Source: Tubulanus polymorphus
Taxonomy: Eukaryota > Animalia > Nemertea
NCBI RefSeq assembly: GCF_964204645.1
Contig: NC_134032.1
Location: forward strand, 6,746,275-6,810,274
Reading direction: 5' to 3'
DNA length: 64,000 nucleotides
Part shown: in pieces, positions 32,244 to 46,900 of the stretch
How the letters are laid out: the number at the start of each line of letters is the position of its first letter
How positions within the stretch are numbered: the first letter of the stretch is position 1
Notes under the pieces: model-generated
What the model was told of the DNA's origin: nothing
The model's input: only the letters and a program-made list of their open reading frames with translations
Databases searched by the model: none
Position numbers and translations under genes: made by a program

Positions 32244-35188
32244 ACTGTGTATTTTGGTACATTGTGTATGTATTGTGTATTTTGTGTGTATAACGAAATT
32301 TAATACACTCAAAATATTGTCAGTGACTAGGAACGCAGAGAAAATTATTTGTAGTCAATCCCATGGAACTGGAAAGTAACTTTGATCAATTCTATTTCAT
32401 ATTGAAATTGTGGGCCCGAAGCATATCAATTCTTAGATAAAACTTGGAAAAATGAAAAATAATGCCAGAGGGTTGGGGGATGGGGAAAGACGATGAAACT
32501 GCAACTCTAAGGTTTGATTCATTTCTGGTTATAGAAAATTTGGGCTTTTAAGATAATGAAATTCAATATTCTGCCGGAAAAAGACTTGACCCAATTTCCC
32601 AACTGAATTATTTATTATTTTTGGTATTTGGCTTACCCGTGGCACTGTTTATCACTGCTAAAAACTATTTCGATTCAGATTAGTGCAGGAATTATTCAAT
32701 GGTTTAAACCACTTTGCAAAACCACTATGTAACCGACATTTCGAAGTGAAACTGACTCAGACTGAGACTGGTTTTTGTAAGATTGAAGAATTTTGACCTG
32801 GTTGTTAATTTAGAGATTAGCACCATTCGAAAACAAAAGGACAAGAAGATTACTACGAATTGTTTAATTACGGAGAAAAATGGAAGACGCGTTGAAACGC
32901 ATCAATCGGAAAATTATTTTCTGCCAGAAAGAATCGAATTGATTAATTATCAGCAGAAAAATTCAAATGTCAACACAAAAATTGATTTCTCTTATGAAAA
33001 ATATTTATTTGTTTCTAATCCGCCGGGAATAACGAGTACCGGGTATCTACGGCTCAAGTAAATAAGCAGTGCACGTGGCTAGCGGTACCGAATTCCTTAT
33101 TTGGAGAAAGAAGGGGCGGAGACTTAATGTTGTTGCTGACTGCAATGTGGGGGCTGCTGCTCGAGCGAGACCGATCCGCCGCGCTGCCGTGAAATTTTAA
33201 GCAAATCGTACGACTCAGTCTAACGCACTCAGTTTAACTCTCGTCGCTGTTTTAGAGTAATTTAATTTGATAAGATAATTAAATATTTCAGTGCTGCAGC
33301 TGGGGTTGACTGCTGTACGTGCGCGCTAGAGCGTAATTCTCCGGGATTCGAACCCGTGCGCGATGCCGGACCGGGCGCGTTTGTTATAATGAATTCGCTC
33401 CGGTTGCTAAGGGAATTTCAGCTATTTGAACTTGTTCGATCAACGCGGTTCATTGTTAAACGATTCAACAATCCAAACTTCGCTGCCGGATTTTAGCGTG
33501 ATGTAATTCTACTTCCGATTTCCCCATGAACTTCAAACCGGACGTACTCTGATGTCATTTTTTTGACGCCTTATAAAACGTTACCATTATGAAACCTAAA
33601 CAATGTTAACCATTCAGCGTCATTTTACAAACGACAACCGTAAATCGATGTGCAAAACGTCACAGGTTTATGTGTACACATACAAGCTATTTGGCAAAAT
33701 ATTATTGATAAAGATGTAGAATGGCTCCCTGTGATTATATAGTGACCTCTATTTGAACGTCGAAATGTTATATTGCATTGAATATCTTGAGAAGACGTAT
33801 TGTAATAGTAAAGGAAGTATGATTATATTAGGAGCGGCAGGCATAAATAGAAATGATAAGTAAATCGGATTATTCGGTCAAATGGTGGATGTATACACGA
33901 TGCGGAAGTCTGATGTAAAAGTCAGACCCTGACGTGTGCATGCCGGTGGAATAACGAAGCTATCTACGATCTGAGTAGGGCCAGCGTGATTTTCATCGGC
34001 GGCTGCTACAAGCGGTCTATATAAAAACGTGTAAACATATAATTTCAATATCCAAATGTTTAAGAAAATATGTTCGATATTAGGGGTATGCAGGTTTCAT
34101 GAGATTAGCAATTTATAATAGCATAGCTGTCATATACGGCTCCGCATCCACTGATGGCATGTGCATAAGGTGACAATTCAATTCAATACTTTATTGATCC
34201 TTATTACATTGAAATTCCGGGATGAAATTCCCAAATTCAATAAAGTTACAAATTCTAAAATAAGAAAATACAAAATACAAGACACACGGGTAATTCATAC
34301 AGAATAACATGAATAAGGTATCTAAATGACAATTTCTACTTCAACCCAGACTCAAGTCTAGGATATCGCCGGAGTGACAGCCAAACTGGGCCCCGGGACC
34401 AGGCCGGCTGGCTACACCGTATGCTCAAAGTCATGATGTAGCAGACATCAGAAGAGCTTCAACCATGCAGGCAATGAAGTTGCAGACCAGCTTAGAGGCA
34501 AAAGTGAATCGAAGTCGGTCACAAGTTGACAATTTTTAAATTAGACCAGTCGAAGACTGTATCATCTACCCAATCGCCAAATCTCATAATTCCCCAAATT
34601 TCTTAAAACTTCGATTTCAAATTTGGATTCCACATTAGCTTATCCCAGAAATTCTACATTTTTTCGCAGGCGTCAAATAATTTATTAAAGTTAATTTTCT
34701 TGTTTCTGACTTTGTCAGTAAGTCAGATTCGGTTAAAATGACACTTTCGAGAATCCACATATACGCGTTTATCATAGGGACGTCCTCCGGGCGCCTTCGG
34801 CGCCCGTCGTCCGTCTATTAACTAATGTGTTAATTAGTTAATTAATTAATCATAATTAAGGCGCAATAATATTGCATCGGACTAACAAATATAGCTGTAA
34901 CTTTTGTTCTATTTAACATATAGTGATGAAACTTGCAGTACATCTTCTTTAATATGCAAGGTAACTGTAGTTCAATCATTGATTCTTACCTAGCAGCATA
35001 CAGTTACCAAATTTGACAAGAACACACAATTACTACAGGAAATCCACGTCACAAGTTATGTAGTCGGTTGCCAGTTCAAACTTCGACACCAGATAGTCAA
35101 CTGCATTGTCGTAAGAGTCCCCAGTAAGCAATTTTGTAGTTGACAGGGTCATCTGCCACTAGAGAACCTATTCTTTTCCTGCCTTTTT

Positions 35189-35932
35189 TCATTTTTTCGA
35201 GTTTTCCATTCCACTGGACATAGTCTCCCGTCTCCATTGAATATCGAATTTCAGTTTTTTAACATCTAAATTGTCACTCATAGACTTCTCCAGCCGATCG
35301 CATTTCCTTTTTAAATTTCTATATTTTTTATTCGCATCATCTAAACTTGTCCTGAGTTCGGCATCAGGAGATGCTGAGCTTAACTCCTGAATCTTATTAT
35401 CTTTCCTTTTGATATTCTGATTGAGAACGCGCACACTTTTTTTAAAAACAATGCCTTAAGTCCACTAATCCGAGTCTCATACTTTTGAGCCATGTCTTTA
35501 CGTATCCCAAAAGATATTTTTAGTCTCTGACGTAGGGATGCACATTTGCTGCATCCCGATGATTGCACTTGAACTGGTTGAACTCGGATGACGAGAAACG
35601 CATGTTACAAAGTCATCAGCGCACACTGTGGAAAATCGATCAAACTCACTAGAGTCAGTCAGTTTTTTAAATTGTCCCACTTTCCTCAATAACTTTTGAA
35701 TCGCATTTTTCAGATGATATGACTCTGGTTTTTCATTGTCAGTAAATTTTGACTGCACTACTTTGATTGTCTTTGACAAACTCTTCTTATTGCTATAGTA
35801 TATTTGCAAAATGTGTCCATTTTTTATTGATGCAGTACTCTGTAGTAGGCCTATTTCTCCATATGACGTGTCCAAAAAATGTCTTCCAACACCCTTTTTG
35901 GTAACCTCCTTGCATGTGCTGTCATCAGCCAA
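35189..35932 (-). pseudogene. Frameshifted coiled-coil ORF, probably the 5' part of the gene of the 29756-36673 element
   Basis: Three overlapping ORFs (35498-35932, 35380-35568, 35189-35434) join by frameshifts; TTTTCAG acceptor-like site near 35939; no catalytic motif visible. Confidence 0.45.
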
Positions 35933-38109
35933 ATCATACTGAAAAAAAAGTGCAAAAAATTAGTTTAAAATGGGTCTAAATACATTGTACATTACATTCT
36001 GCAAAAAAACACGTGCGTTTGTTTACCAGTCAAACCCAGTTTGCCAATGAGCAGATCGGATGCAGGTCACGTGACCGTCTTAATAGAAACATGTAAACAA
36101 AACAGAAACCGAATTTCTCCCTCACCCTACCCAAAATACCCTAAACAACACAACATATAATGAGAAAGCATTGTATTAAATAATTTGACACCATAAAACT
36201 GAAGCAGCAACGATAAATAGCCGTTAACTTTGTGAGAAAACCGACGACAAATTTGTTGTAAAAATCCAAGATGGTGTCACCAATCGTCGCAACACAAAAT
36301 TTTCTGGAAGTTATTTGACACAGTTCTGATGATCTTACACACTTCAAACTTCATATTTATTGAGCAAACATAATATATTTAATACATTTATAAGTTTTAA
36401 AACTGAACAGACCTACCTTTGGACAGACTCCGGCGTTGAAAAAGCATTGAAAATCCAGAATATCACCAAATCACAACCACTCCACCGATCTTGAAAATTC
36501 GACAAGAAGAAGAAAGACCCGGATGTTTATGATGTCATAGACGTGATGACATCACTGGGAATCCCTTAACTGGCCAATCAGAGCGATTTTGCTAACAGGT
36601 GCCCCGCGGAAGTCCTGAAACCGCGTCACACTAGATCAGCGCACAGTGCGTACATTGTTTAGCCACGTACCTAGTCATTCAAATTCTATTTAATCTACGC
36701 GTTCAATGATTGGTTGTTGGTAAGAGTTTAACCCCGCCTACAAAGTTACATTTTGTTGACACGATATTTTGATGACGTAGCTGTCAGATCGGCAGCAGAC
36801 GCTGTAACGCGAATTCGGCCTTCGATTCAGGGGTGGTTTCCCACCGTAATTTGGAAAGTAAGTAAGCTCTTTTTATTACACAATGTAACTTTTTTAAACC
36901 TACTTATAAGGAGTATATAGAAAGTTCATTTATTAAAATCGATTAAGAATTGACCGAGATCTAGTTGTTTGAATGCGTGAAATTTGCCGGTTCCAGTGCG
37001 GGCCGCGCACTAAGGCCGTGCGTAGCTGGACGAGTCTATTCTATAATTTATGCAGGGGTGTAAAAAAAAGATGGAATCTACTGTTAATTAACTAATTATT
37101 AAAATCAACTTCTAATTATATGACATTTATATCGTAATAGCTGGAAAATGTACATTTAAGAAGCTTTTTCCGTGAAAACCGTGGCGAGAAAATTTCATTT
37201 GATTTCCGCAAACCAACCTTCAACCCCTCGAAACGAAATGGTGAAATAAAAACTTAAAACAGCTGTTTTTTCTAGGGCACGACATTGGCTTTCATTCTGA
37301 ACGTTTTCCATTAGGATTTAAGAGTATCGTGGCCTATGAATTGTCACGGAACACCTGAAACTCTGCAGTTATTCTTCTGTATAGGAAATCTAACGAAACG
37401 ACGCCTTTTTCCGATCTTCCTCAGCTCAATCTTATAACGTTTTCATGTTTTTTTTCCAGACGTCAAATAAATAATGTGATAAGACTATGAGTTTCCAGGG
37501 AAAGGAAAGAACAGGCCAGGGCTGAGGCAGCCACAAAATAACCAAAAATGGTAATATAAGATTAAGAAATATTATTTACTTACAAATCTTTATTCCAAAA
37601 ATATATATGTATCTTGATATGCACATGAATTCTCTTTTTTTGTAGCATCTAAACAATGTTTGAAAACAAAAATCGAAGAAACAAATCAATCAATCACCAA
37701 TCATGAAAAAGAAATAAATTTAAGTAAGTTATTTCGCAGATCTAGGGAGGGGCCAATGAGCCCCCTCCTCCATTACTGAAAAAAATCTTCCATGATTTTA
37801 AATAATACATACTTTCGTTTACAATGAAATATTACATCTTTGTTTAACTGTTTAAGAAGCAGGGAAAGGGAATTTCACATGAATTCTTTACTCTTGAAAT
37901 GCAGGAAATAAGAACCCCAAATAAGAACCCAGACCCCACCAGTACCAGGCGCCGGAAAATCGCCTTGCACCTTGCGCTTGGTGACATTTGTCTTAATAAT
38001 ATGTATTTAGGTCCACCCTAACTGATCCGCCCTTATCTAGAGGGCTTAAATCTGGACTAATTTAATCACTCATTTAGATCTCGCTTAATTTTTCTTTTCT
38101 TATTTCAGA

Positions 38110-40950
38110 TTTATCCGCTAATAACAACGAATCATCCAATCACCAATCAGTTAATTGCAATAAATCATCCAATTTCAATTTCAACGAATCACCAATCAGC
38201 AAATTATAATTTCATCGAATCACCAATCAGCAGATTATAATTTCATCGGATCAACGATTCACAAATCAGCAAATTATAATTTCATCGGATCAATGAATCA
38301 CCAATCAGCAAATTTCATCGGATCAACGAATCACCAATCAGCAAATTTCATCGTATCTACGAATCACCAATCAGCAAATTATAATTTCATCGGACCAACG
38401 AATCACCAATCAGCAAATTATAATTTCATCGGATCAACAAATCACCAATCAGCAAATTTCGTCGAATCTGAGTTTTATAATCCATTATCCCATGTTTCAT
38501 CCCTGCATGTCCAGTTAATTGATCACCAAATTATAATACATAATCAATCCATCCAAATTCAAAGCCAGCAGGCAAAAATCAAGGCCCTAATTCAAGAAAA
38601 ACAAACTTTGGAAAACCAATTGCAAAAAGACCTGCTGGAAGTGACTCGCAGCGATGAAACATGTATCTATGCAAGAAAACTAAATTCAACAAAATCATTG
38701 TGTTATTTTCAGGTATCGGTTCCAAGCAAGCCATTCATGCATGCATCTAGAGAGAGGTCGAGAGAGCTAATCGATTGAGGACCTTTCCGGTTAGTACGTC
38801 CACACGTGTGCACTCTGGATTCTGCTCTGACGATTGTGTTGCAACTCTTGCAACTTTCGTCAAGCAGAATCCAGACCTAACCAGAAAGGCCCTAGATTCA
38901 GCCAAAATTGTCCTTATGGGCAAGCTCTCTCCATCAGACGCCTTGCGGATGCATCTCCTTCTTCGAATTCCTGAAACCAGAATTGACAAATTGAAAAGTT
39001 TTTTAATATCGCATGGCTTAGATATACCATCAAGCCAGATCTGCGAAGATATAAATCTGCCGTATTGAGCAGCCTTAATCTAGAGGTTGGTAGTATACCA
39101 ATGCTCGTTTCAGCAAAATCCGAAGAAGAAGACAGGGGTAGTTTATGCTCATGTTTCCTGCTTACGATCTATCATCGAAGCAGTCTGTACCAGACTTTAT
39201 CTGACCGACTAACTGAAATTTCATTCTGAACGCAATGATTCGATCTGGATAAAGTTTGGTGCAGACAAGGGGGTGGGTACAAGTACTAAACTGGCGTTTT
39301 CAGTCGTCAACTCTAGTACACCCAATAGCATTGATCAAACGGTACTGCTCGCCTTCATTGAAGCCTACGACTCATCGGAAAACATTCGGACCATTTTCAG
39401 CTCTTATTCTGAGCAATTTTTCCAACTAAATTCAATTCAAATTCAGGACAAAGAGGGCAAGCAGCATATTTTCAACATAAGTAAGTTCATAATCGGAGAT
39501 TACTGCTGGTTATGCAATGCTAAGGGCCATATTGGAGCTTCAGGCGCATTCCCTTGTTTGTGGTGTCTCGTTAAACTCGCAAATCTCAGGCGAAGGGATG
39601 GATCTCCCCATACACCAATGCTTGTTGGAGGTACTTTGGAAAACCCTGAGTGTCAGTTCGAGCAAAGAACCGTTTCGACCTATCTGGCAGACTTTGACAG
39701 CCACAATTCCGGAACTGACACCTCCAACAAAGGAATAAACAGTATATCCAATTCATTGCTCTTCCTCATGGACAATCTCAACTACAATTAGTACCGCCCC
39801 CCCCTTCATTTATCTTTAGGCATTGGATTAACATTATTCCAGCTACTTGAAAATTTATGTGCTGAGCTCGATCAAAATTCATTATCTACTAGAGATCCCG
39901 AGCTGTTCGTTAAGTGGCAGACGCTCAGTGCACAAGTAGCTTCTTTAGATGATGAGGTGAAGAGCGAAATGTTTTAATTAGAATCACTTAGAAAACACCT
40001 GAAAATTTGCGAAACGAGACACCATAAACCAATCAATGACCCTTGCGATGCAGTGATCTGCGTTCTAAACGCAGATAACCATACAAGGGTGATTGATTGG
40101 ATCGAATGCAACCTTTGTCACAAATGGCTACATTATCAATGTGCTGGTTTCCTCGAAAATGTACCGGATGTGACAGTCGACTACGTCTGTCCGCAATGCA
40201 TTGATGAAGGACTATCGCTGGAGAAGATGATTTCCAGCAATTCAACAAAGGTGGCGATGCAATCTGAGCGTGTGAGATCACTTCAAGCCCGTCTTTCTTC
40301 CTCTCGACAGGAACTCACCAGCGTTTTCACACAAGTGAAATCAGTGATGGGCCCCTGCGAGACGGAACTTAACCGAGTGCTTGAAGATGATCTCCATGTT
40401 CAGAGACCGGCATACCATTCTATGTGTTTTATTGGGAATCATATTCGACGGATGTTCCTCATCAATGACAAAGTGGACGCCCCTGCAAAGCTGCTGTCTG
40501 TGGTTAAAGATCAAACAAATGATTACGATCATTTGTATGATCTTTATGCCACATTCAGCAAGATCCATCACTTTTTAAATGCAGCAAGATTTTTGTCACC
40601 TCTCGAAATAGAACACATGTGCAAGTTGTGTCATGAATTCGGTGAAAAGTTTCCCGCACACTTTCCCAATCAAGCCATCACTCCAAAAATCCACGTGCTT
40701 GTCTTCGAGGTTCCTCGATTCCTCCGAAGGTGGAAATCCATTGGTATCTTTTCTGAGCAGGGTCTCGAAGGCAAGCATTATTCCGTAAATGCAGATGTGA
40801 TTTCCTTCTGCAGATTTCGAAAAAAATGAAGCGAGCGGCACTTATATTCAATTCTCAACACCTTCGGAGTTTTTCTTGCCAATCAGCTCAAACGGGAAAG
40901 TTGCAGTAAATTCGATCCGAAACATGATGCATCTTATCTGAAATAAAATA
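38110..40950 (+). pseudogene. RAG1/Transib-like DDE transposase with a PHD finger inserted in the core; intron-containing, disrupted
   Basis: Motifs in order: IKFGADKG (D1), PNS, IGDY (D2), GASGAFPCLWC, PPLHLSLGI, PHD finger, AYHSMCFIGNH, ITPKIH, GIFSEQGLEGKH (E). Acceptor-like TTTCAG at ~38109 and ~38712. Several stops and frameshifts. Confidence 0.8.
38140..38465 (+). repeat. 33/39-bp coding minisatellite (STNHQSANYNFIG)
   Basis: AATCACCAATCAGCAAATT(ATAATT)TCATCGGATCAACG, about 8 copies. Confidence 0.9.
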
Positions 40951-43900
40951 TGAATGTGATTAAAATTATGAAAACCAGAGATGCTAGTTTTCCGGAAATC
41001 TCCGGAATTCCGGAAATTTAGGATCGCCGATGTCAATTCTGGAAATTGGGTGAGAATTCCTCGCGGCGACCAGTAATGGCACGGACTGTAAAAGCGTTCG
41101 TTTGCTTGTACTCGTCGTCGCTTCTGTGTTATTTTATCTTGGTCTCTGTTTCCGAGGATGTTCTGCTACAATGTATATATGTGTGCTTGTTGTGGTATCT
41201 GTGCGTGCGTAGGCGGGGCGCCACTGTTGTGACGCCATTTCCAATTAAAAGTCAATTATCTTTACGCGCCGTTGTACATCGTCCCGCTGACGGCCAACAA
41301 TGTGAAGATGCACGTGGTACTAATTAAGATGATATCTAATAAATATCATCTTAATTATTACCACGTGCGTGCTATGTCCTGAGGCACACAGCTTTGAAAC
41401 TTTCTTTTTGCCTGCAGCTGTCAAGCGGGACGGTCAGCAAAATGAGCCCGCACGGAAAGATTGTCAGTCGGGAGTCGGCCGATATAAAGGCAATTGACAG
41501 CGGTATAAAAAATAAATTTAATTGGCACTGGCTAGAGTGTAAGGACAGCAACGGGGACTACTTATCGAACTACATTCGTAAGTTAGACTCAGCTGGCGTG
41601 GCGTACTGCTTCGTTTGTAAAGACCAGGTCAAATACGGTAGTGGCGGGAAAAAAGATATTCTTCGTCACCCGGATAGCGCGCGGCATAAGCAGCGAGGGA
41701 TGTGAAGCACAACGAATGCCTGCCGTCGTATTTTCAGATACCCAGATCGCTCTAGAATGCATTTCCGGCGATGCAAAAACGCAAAAAGACCCCCGTTCTA
41801 AATTCCGGAATTTTGGTACTTTGGCCCTAGCATCTCTGTGAAAACTGAAATTATTTTTCGATCAAAAGACAATCATGCGAACTGTAATTATATCAATCAA
41901 ATGAAAATCATGTGAATTCAAATTATTAATCATAGTAAATATCAAATTGAAAAAAATGTATATGGTATTTTGGTGACAAAAACTGCTGCATTTAAAGTGT
42001 TGGATGGAAATACATTTCCAAGTGTTATCACTCAGTCCACACACAGCGTATGACAAAGAAATGATACATTAAGGTCTTTAACTAAAATCTAAACCCTATG
42101 AAACATAATATAACTCATCATTTACTTATCCATCTCACAGAAATCCTAATTCAACATGTGTCTTAAATGACTTTGTAAACAACAATCAAATATCAAGACT
42201 ATAAGTTAAAACGTTGATATTTACCTAAAAACTTTCTCCCTTGAAATGCTAAAAAATACAGATAAGTGCTGATTCAGCAACAACAGCAGACATTGGTTGT
42301 ATAATCATTTGTTTTCAAGTCCAGCCTGCGTCTGCTAAATGAACTATTCTTTTATTTCCATCACTCTTTCCATTTACCGATAGATAACAAATGTTTTGCA
42401 ATGTATTTTGCATGGAACCGATACCTTACTTTTGTAAATATTATAAATGGTCAACACCAGTGTGAATATTGTAAATTATTACACAGGAATAAGACACAGT
42501 GTACAGTCATCACAATTGTAAATATTGTAAATAATTACATAGGAATAAGACTGTGTATAGGGGGTACGAGTACTAAACTGGCGTTTTCCGTCGTCAACTC
42601 TAGTACACCCAATAGCATTGATCAAACGGTACTGCTCGCCTTCATTGACGCCTACGACTCCTCGGAAAACATTCGGACCATTTTCAGCTCTTATTCTGAG
42701 CAATTTTTCGAACTAAATTCAATTCAAATTCAGGACAAAGAGGGCAAGCAGCATATTTTCAACATAAGTAAGTTCATAATCGGAGATTACTGCTGGTTAT
42801 GCAATGCTATGGGCCATATTGGAGCTTCAGGCGCATTCCCTTGTTTGTGGTGTCTCGTTAAACTCGCAAATCTCGGGCGAAGGGATGGATCTCCCCATAC
42901 ACCAATGCTTGTTGGAGGGGTACTTTGGAAAACCCTGAGTGTCAGTTCGAGCAAAGAACCGTTTCGACCTATCTGGCAGACTTTGACAGCCACAATTCCG
43001 GAACTGACACCTCCAACAAAGGAATAAACAGTATATCCAATTCATTGCTCTTCCTCATCGACAATCTCAACCAATTAGTACCGCCCCCCTTCATTTATCT
43101 TTAGGCATTGGATTAACATTATTCCAGCTACTTGAAAATTTATGTGCTGAGCTCGATCAAAATTCATTATCTACTAGAGATCCCGAGCTGTTCGTTAAGT
43201 GGCAGACGCTCAGTGCACAAGTAGCTTCTTCAGATGATGAGGTGAAGAGCGAAATGTTTTAATTAGAATCACTTAGAAAACACCTAAAAATTTGCGAAAC
43301 GAGACACCATAAACCCATCAATGACCCTTGCGATGCAGTGATCTGCATTCTAAACGCAGATAACCATACAAGGGTGATTGATTGGATCGAATGCGACCTT
43401 TTTTACAAATGGCTACATTATCAATGTGCTGGTTTCATCGAAAAAGTACCGGATGTGACAGTCGACTACGTCTGTCCGCAATGCATTGATGAAGGACTAT
43501 CGCCGGAGAAGATGATTTCCAGCAATTCAACAAAGGTGGCGATGCAAACTGAGCGTGTGAGATCACTTCAAGCCCGTCTTTCTTCTTCTCGACAGGAACT
43601 CACCAGCGTTTTCACACAAGTGAAATCACTGATGGGCCCCTGCGAGACGGAACTTAACCGAGTGCTTGAAGATGATCTCCATGTTCAGAGACAGGCATAC
43701 CATTCTATGTGTTTTATTGGGAATCATATTCGACGGATGTTCCTCATCAATGACAAAGTGGACGCCCCTGCAAAGCTGCTGTCTGTGGTTAAAGATCAAA
43801 CAAATGATTACGCTCATTCCTATGATCTTTATGCCAGGTTCAGCAAGATCCATCACTTTTTAAATGCAGCAAGATTTTTGTCACCTCTCGAAATAGAACA

Positions 43901-46900
43901 CATGTGCAAGTTGTGTCATGAATTCGGTGAAAAGTTTCCAGCACACTTTCCCAATCAAGCCATCACTCCAAAAATCCACGTGCTTGTCTTCGGGGTTCCT
44001 CGATTCCTCCGAAGGTGGAAATCCATTGGTATCTTTAAATTATGAAAACTGAAATTATTTTTCGATCAAAAGACAATCATGCAAACTGTAATTTTATCAA
44101 TCAAATGAAAATCATGTGAATTCAAATTATTAATCATAGTTAATATCAAATTGAAAAAAATGTATATGGTATTTTGGTGACAAAAACTGCTGCAATTAAA
44201 GTGTTGGTGATGGAAATACATTTCCAAGTGTTATCACTCAGTCCACAGGGTATGACAAAGAAATGATACATTAAAGTTTTTATCTAAAATCTAAACCCTA
44301 TGAAACATAATATAACTCATCATATACTTATCCATCTCACAGAAATCCTAATTCAACATGTCAAATATCAAGACTATTAGTTAAAACGTTGATATTTACC
44401 TAAAAACTTTCTCCCTTGAAATGCTCAAAAATACGGATAAGTGCTGATTTAGCAACAACAGCAGACATTGATTGTATAATCATCTGTTTTCAAGTCCAGC
44501 CTTGCGTCTGCTAAATGAACTATTCTTTTATTTCCATCACTATTTCCATTTACCTATAGATAACAAATGTTTCGCAATGTATTTTGCATGGAACCGATAC
44601 CTTACTTTTGTAAATATTATAAATTTTCGACACAAGCGTGAATATTGTAAATTATTACACAGGAATAAGACCCAGTGTACAGTCAACACAATTGTAAATA
44701 TTGTAAATAATTACACAGGAATAAGACTGTGTATAGGGGGTACGAGTACTAAACTGGCGTTTTCAGTCGTCAACTCTAGTACACCCAATAGCATTGATCA
44801 AACGGTACTGCTCGCCTTCTTTGAAGCCTACGACTCCTCGGAAAACATTCGGACCATTTTCAGCTCTTATTCTGAGCAATTTTTCGAACTAAATTCAATT
44901 CAAATTCAGGACAAAGAGGGCAAGCAGCATATTTTCAACATAAGTAAGTTCATAATCGGAGATTACTGCTGGTTATGCAATGCTATGGGCCATATTGGAG
45001 CTTCAGGCGCATTCCCTTGTTTGTGGTGTCTCGTTAAACTCGCAAATCTCGGGCGAAGGGATGGATCTCCCCATACACCAATGCTTGTTGGAGGGGTACT
45101 TTGGGAAACCCTGAGTGTCAGTTCGAGTAAAGAACCGTTTCGACCTATCTGGCAGACTTTGACAGCCACAATTCCGGAACTGACACCTCCAACAAAGGAA
45201 TAAACAGTATATCCAATTCATTGCTCTTCCTCATCGACAATCTCAACCAATTAGTACCGCCCCCCTTCATTTATCTTTAGGCATTGGATTAACATTATTC
45301 CAGCTACTTGAAAATTTATGTGCTGAGCTCGATCAAAATTCATTATCTACTAGAGATCCCGAGCTGTTCGTTAAGTGGCAGACGCTCAGTGCACAAGTAG
45401 CTTCTTTAGATGATGAGGTGAAGAGCGAAATGTTTTAATTAGAATCACTTAGAAAACACCTGAAAATTTGCGAAACGAGACACCATAAACCCATCAATGA
45501 CCCTTGCGATGCAGTGATCTGCGTTCTAAACGCTGATAACCATACAAGGGTGATTGATTGGATCGAATGCGACCTTTTTTACAAATGGCTACATTATCAA
45601 TGTGCTGGTTTCATCGAAAAAGTACCGGATGTGACAGTCGACTACGTCTGTCCGCAATGCATTGATGAAGGACTATCGCCGGAGAAGATGATTTCCAGCA
45701 ATTCAACAAAGGTGGCGATGCAAACTGAGCGTGTGAGATCACTTCAAGCCCGTCTTTCTTCTTCTCGACAGGAACTCACCAGCGTTTTCACACAAGTGAA
45801 ATCACTGATGGGCCCCTGCGAGACGGAACTTAACCGAGTGCTTGAAGATGATCTCCATGTTCAGAGACAGGCATACCATTCTATGTGTTTTATTGGGAAT
45901 CATATTCGACGGATGTTCCTCATCAATGACAAAGTGGACGCCCCTGCAAAGCTGCTGTCTGTGGTTAAAGATCAAACAAATGATTACGCTCATTCCTATG
46001 ATCTTTATGCCAGGTTCAGCAAGATCCATCACTTTTTAAATGCAGCAAGATTTTTGTCACCTCTCGAAATAGAACACATGTGCAAGTTGTGTCATGAATT
46101 CGGTGAAAAGTTTCCAGCACACTTTCCCAATCAAGCCATCACTCCAAAAATCCACGTGCTTGTCTTCGGGGTTCCTCGATTCCTCCGAAGGTGGAAATCC
46201 ATTGGTATCTTTAAATTATGAAAACTGAAATTATTTTTCGATCAAAAGACAATCATGCAAACTGTAATTTTATCAATCAAATGAAAATCATGTGAATTCA
46301 AATTATTAATCATAGTTAATATCAAATTGAAAAAAATGTATATGGTATTTTGGTGACAAAAACTGCTGCAATTAAAGTGTTGGTGATGGAAATACATTTC
46401 CAAGTGTTATCACTCAGTCCACAGGGTATGACAAAGAAATGATACATTAAAGTTTTTATCTAAAATCTAAACCCTATGAAACATAATATAACTCATCATA
46501 TACTTATCCATCTCACAGAAATCCTAATTCAACATGTCAAATATCAAGACTATTAGTTAAAACGTTGATATTTACCTAAAAACTTTCTCCCTTGAAATGC
46601 TCAAAAATACGGATAAGTGCTGATTCAGCAACAACAGCAGACATTGGTTGTATAATCATCTGTTTTCAAGTCCAGCCTTGCGTCTGCTAAATGAACTATT
46701 CTTTTATTTCCATCACTATTTCCATTTACCTATAGATAACAAATGTTTCGCAATGTATTTTGCATGGAACCGATACCTTACTTTTGTAAATATTATAAAT
46801 TTTCGACACAAGCGTGAATATTGTAAATTATTACACAGGAATAAGACCCAGTGTACAGTCAACACAATTGTAAATATTGTAAATAATTACACAGGAATAA

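Larger units (their letters stand above)
29756..36673 (-). mobile_element. TIR-bounded ~6.9-kb DNA transposon relic of unassigned superfamily
   Basis: Perfect 16-bp inverted repeats TAGGTACGTGGCTAAA (29756-29771) and TTTAGCCACGTACCTA (36658-36673); broken minus-strand coding fragments at 35189-35932; nested insertions inside. Confidence 0.55.

Noticed and set aside
33325-33375. tRNA or tRNA-derived SINE (B-box GGTTCGAATCCC on the - strand)
   Set aside because: No convincing A-box or cloverleaf could be built.
34779-34815. GC hairpin GGGCGCC-TTC-GGCGCCC as a terminator or Helitron 3' end
   Set aside because: The stem is real, but no matching 5' end or second copy in the window supports an assignment.
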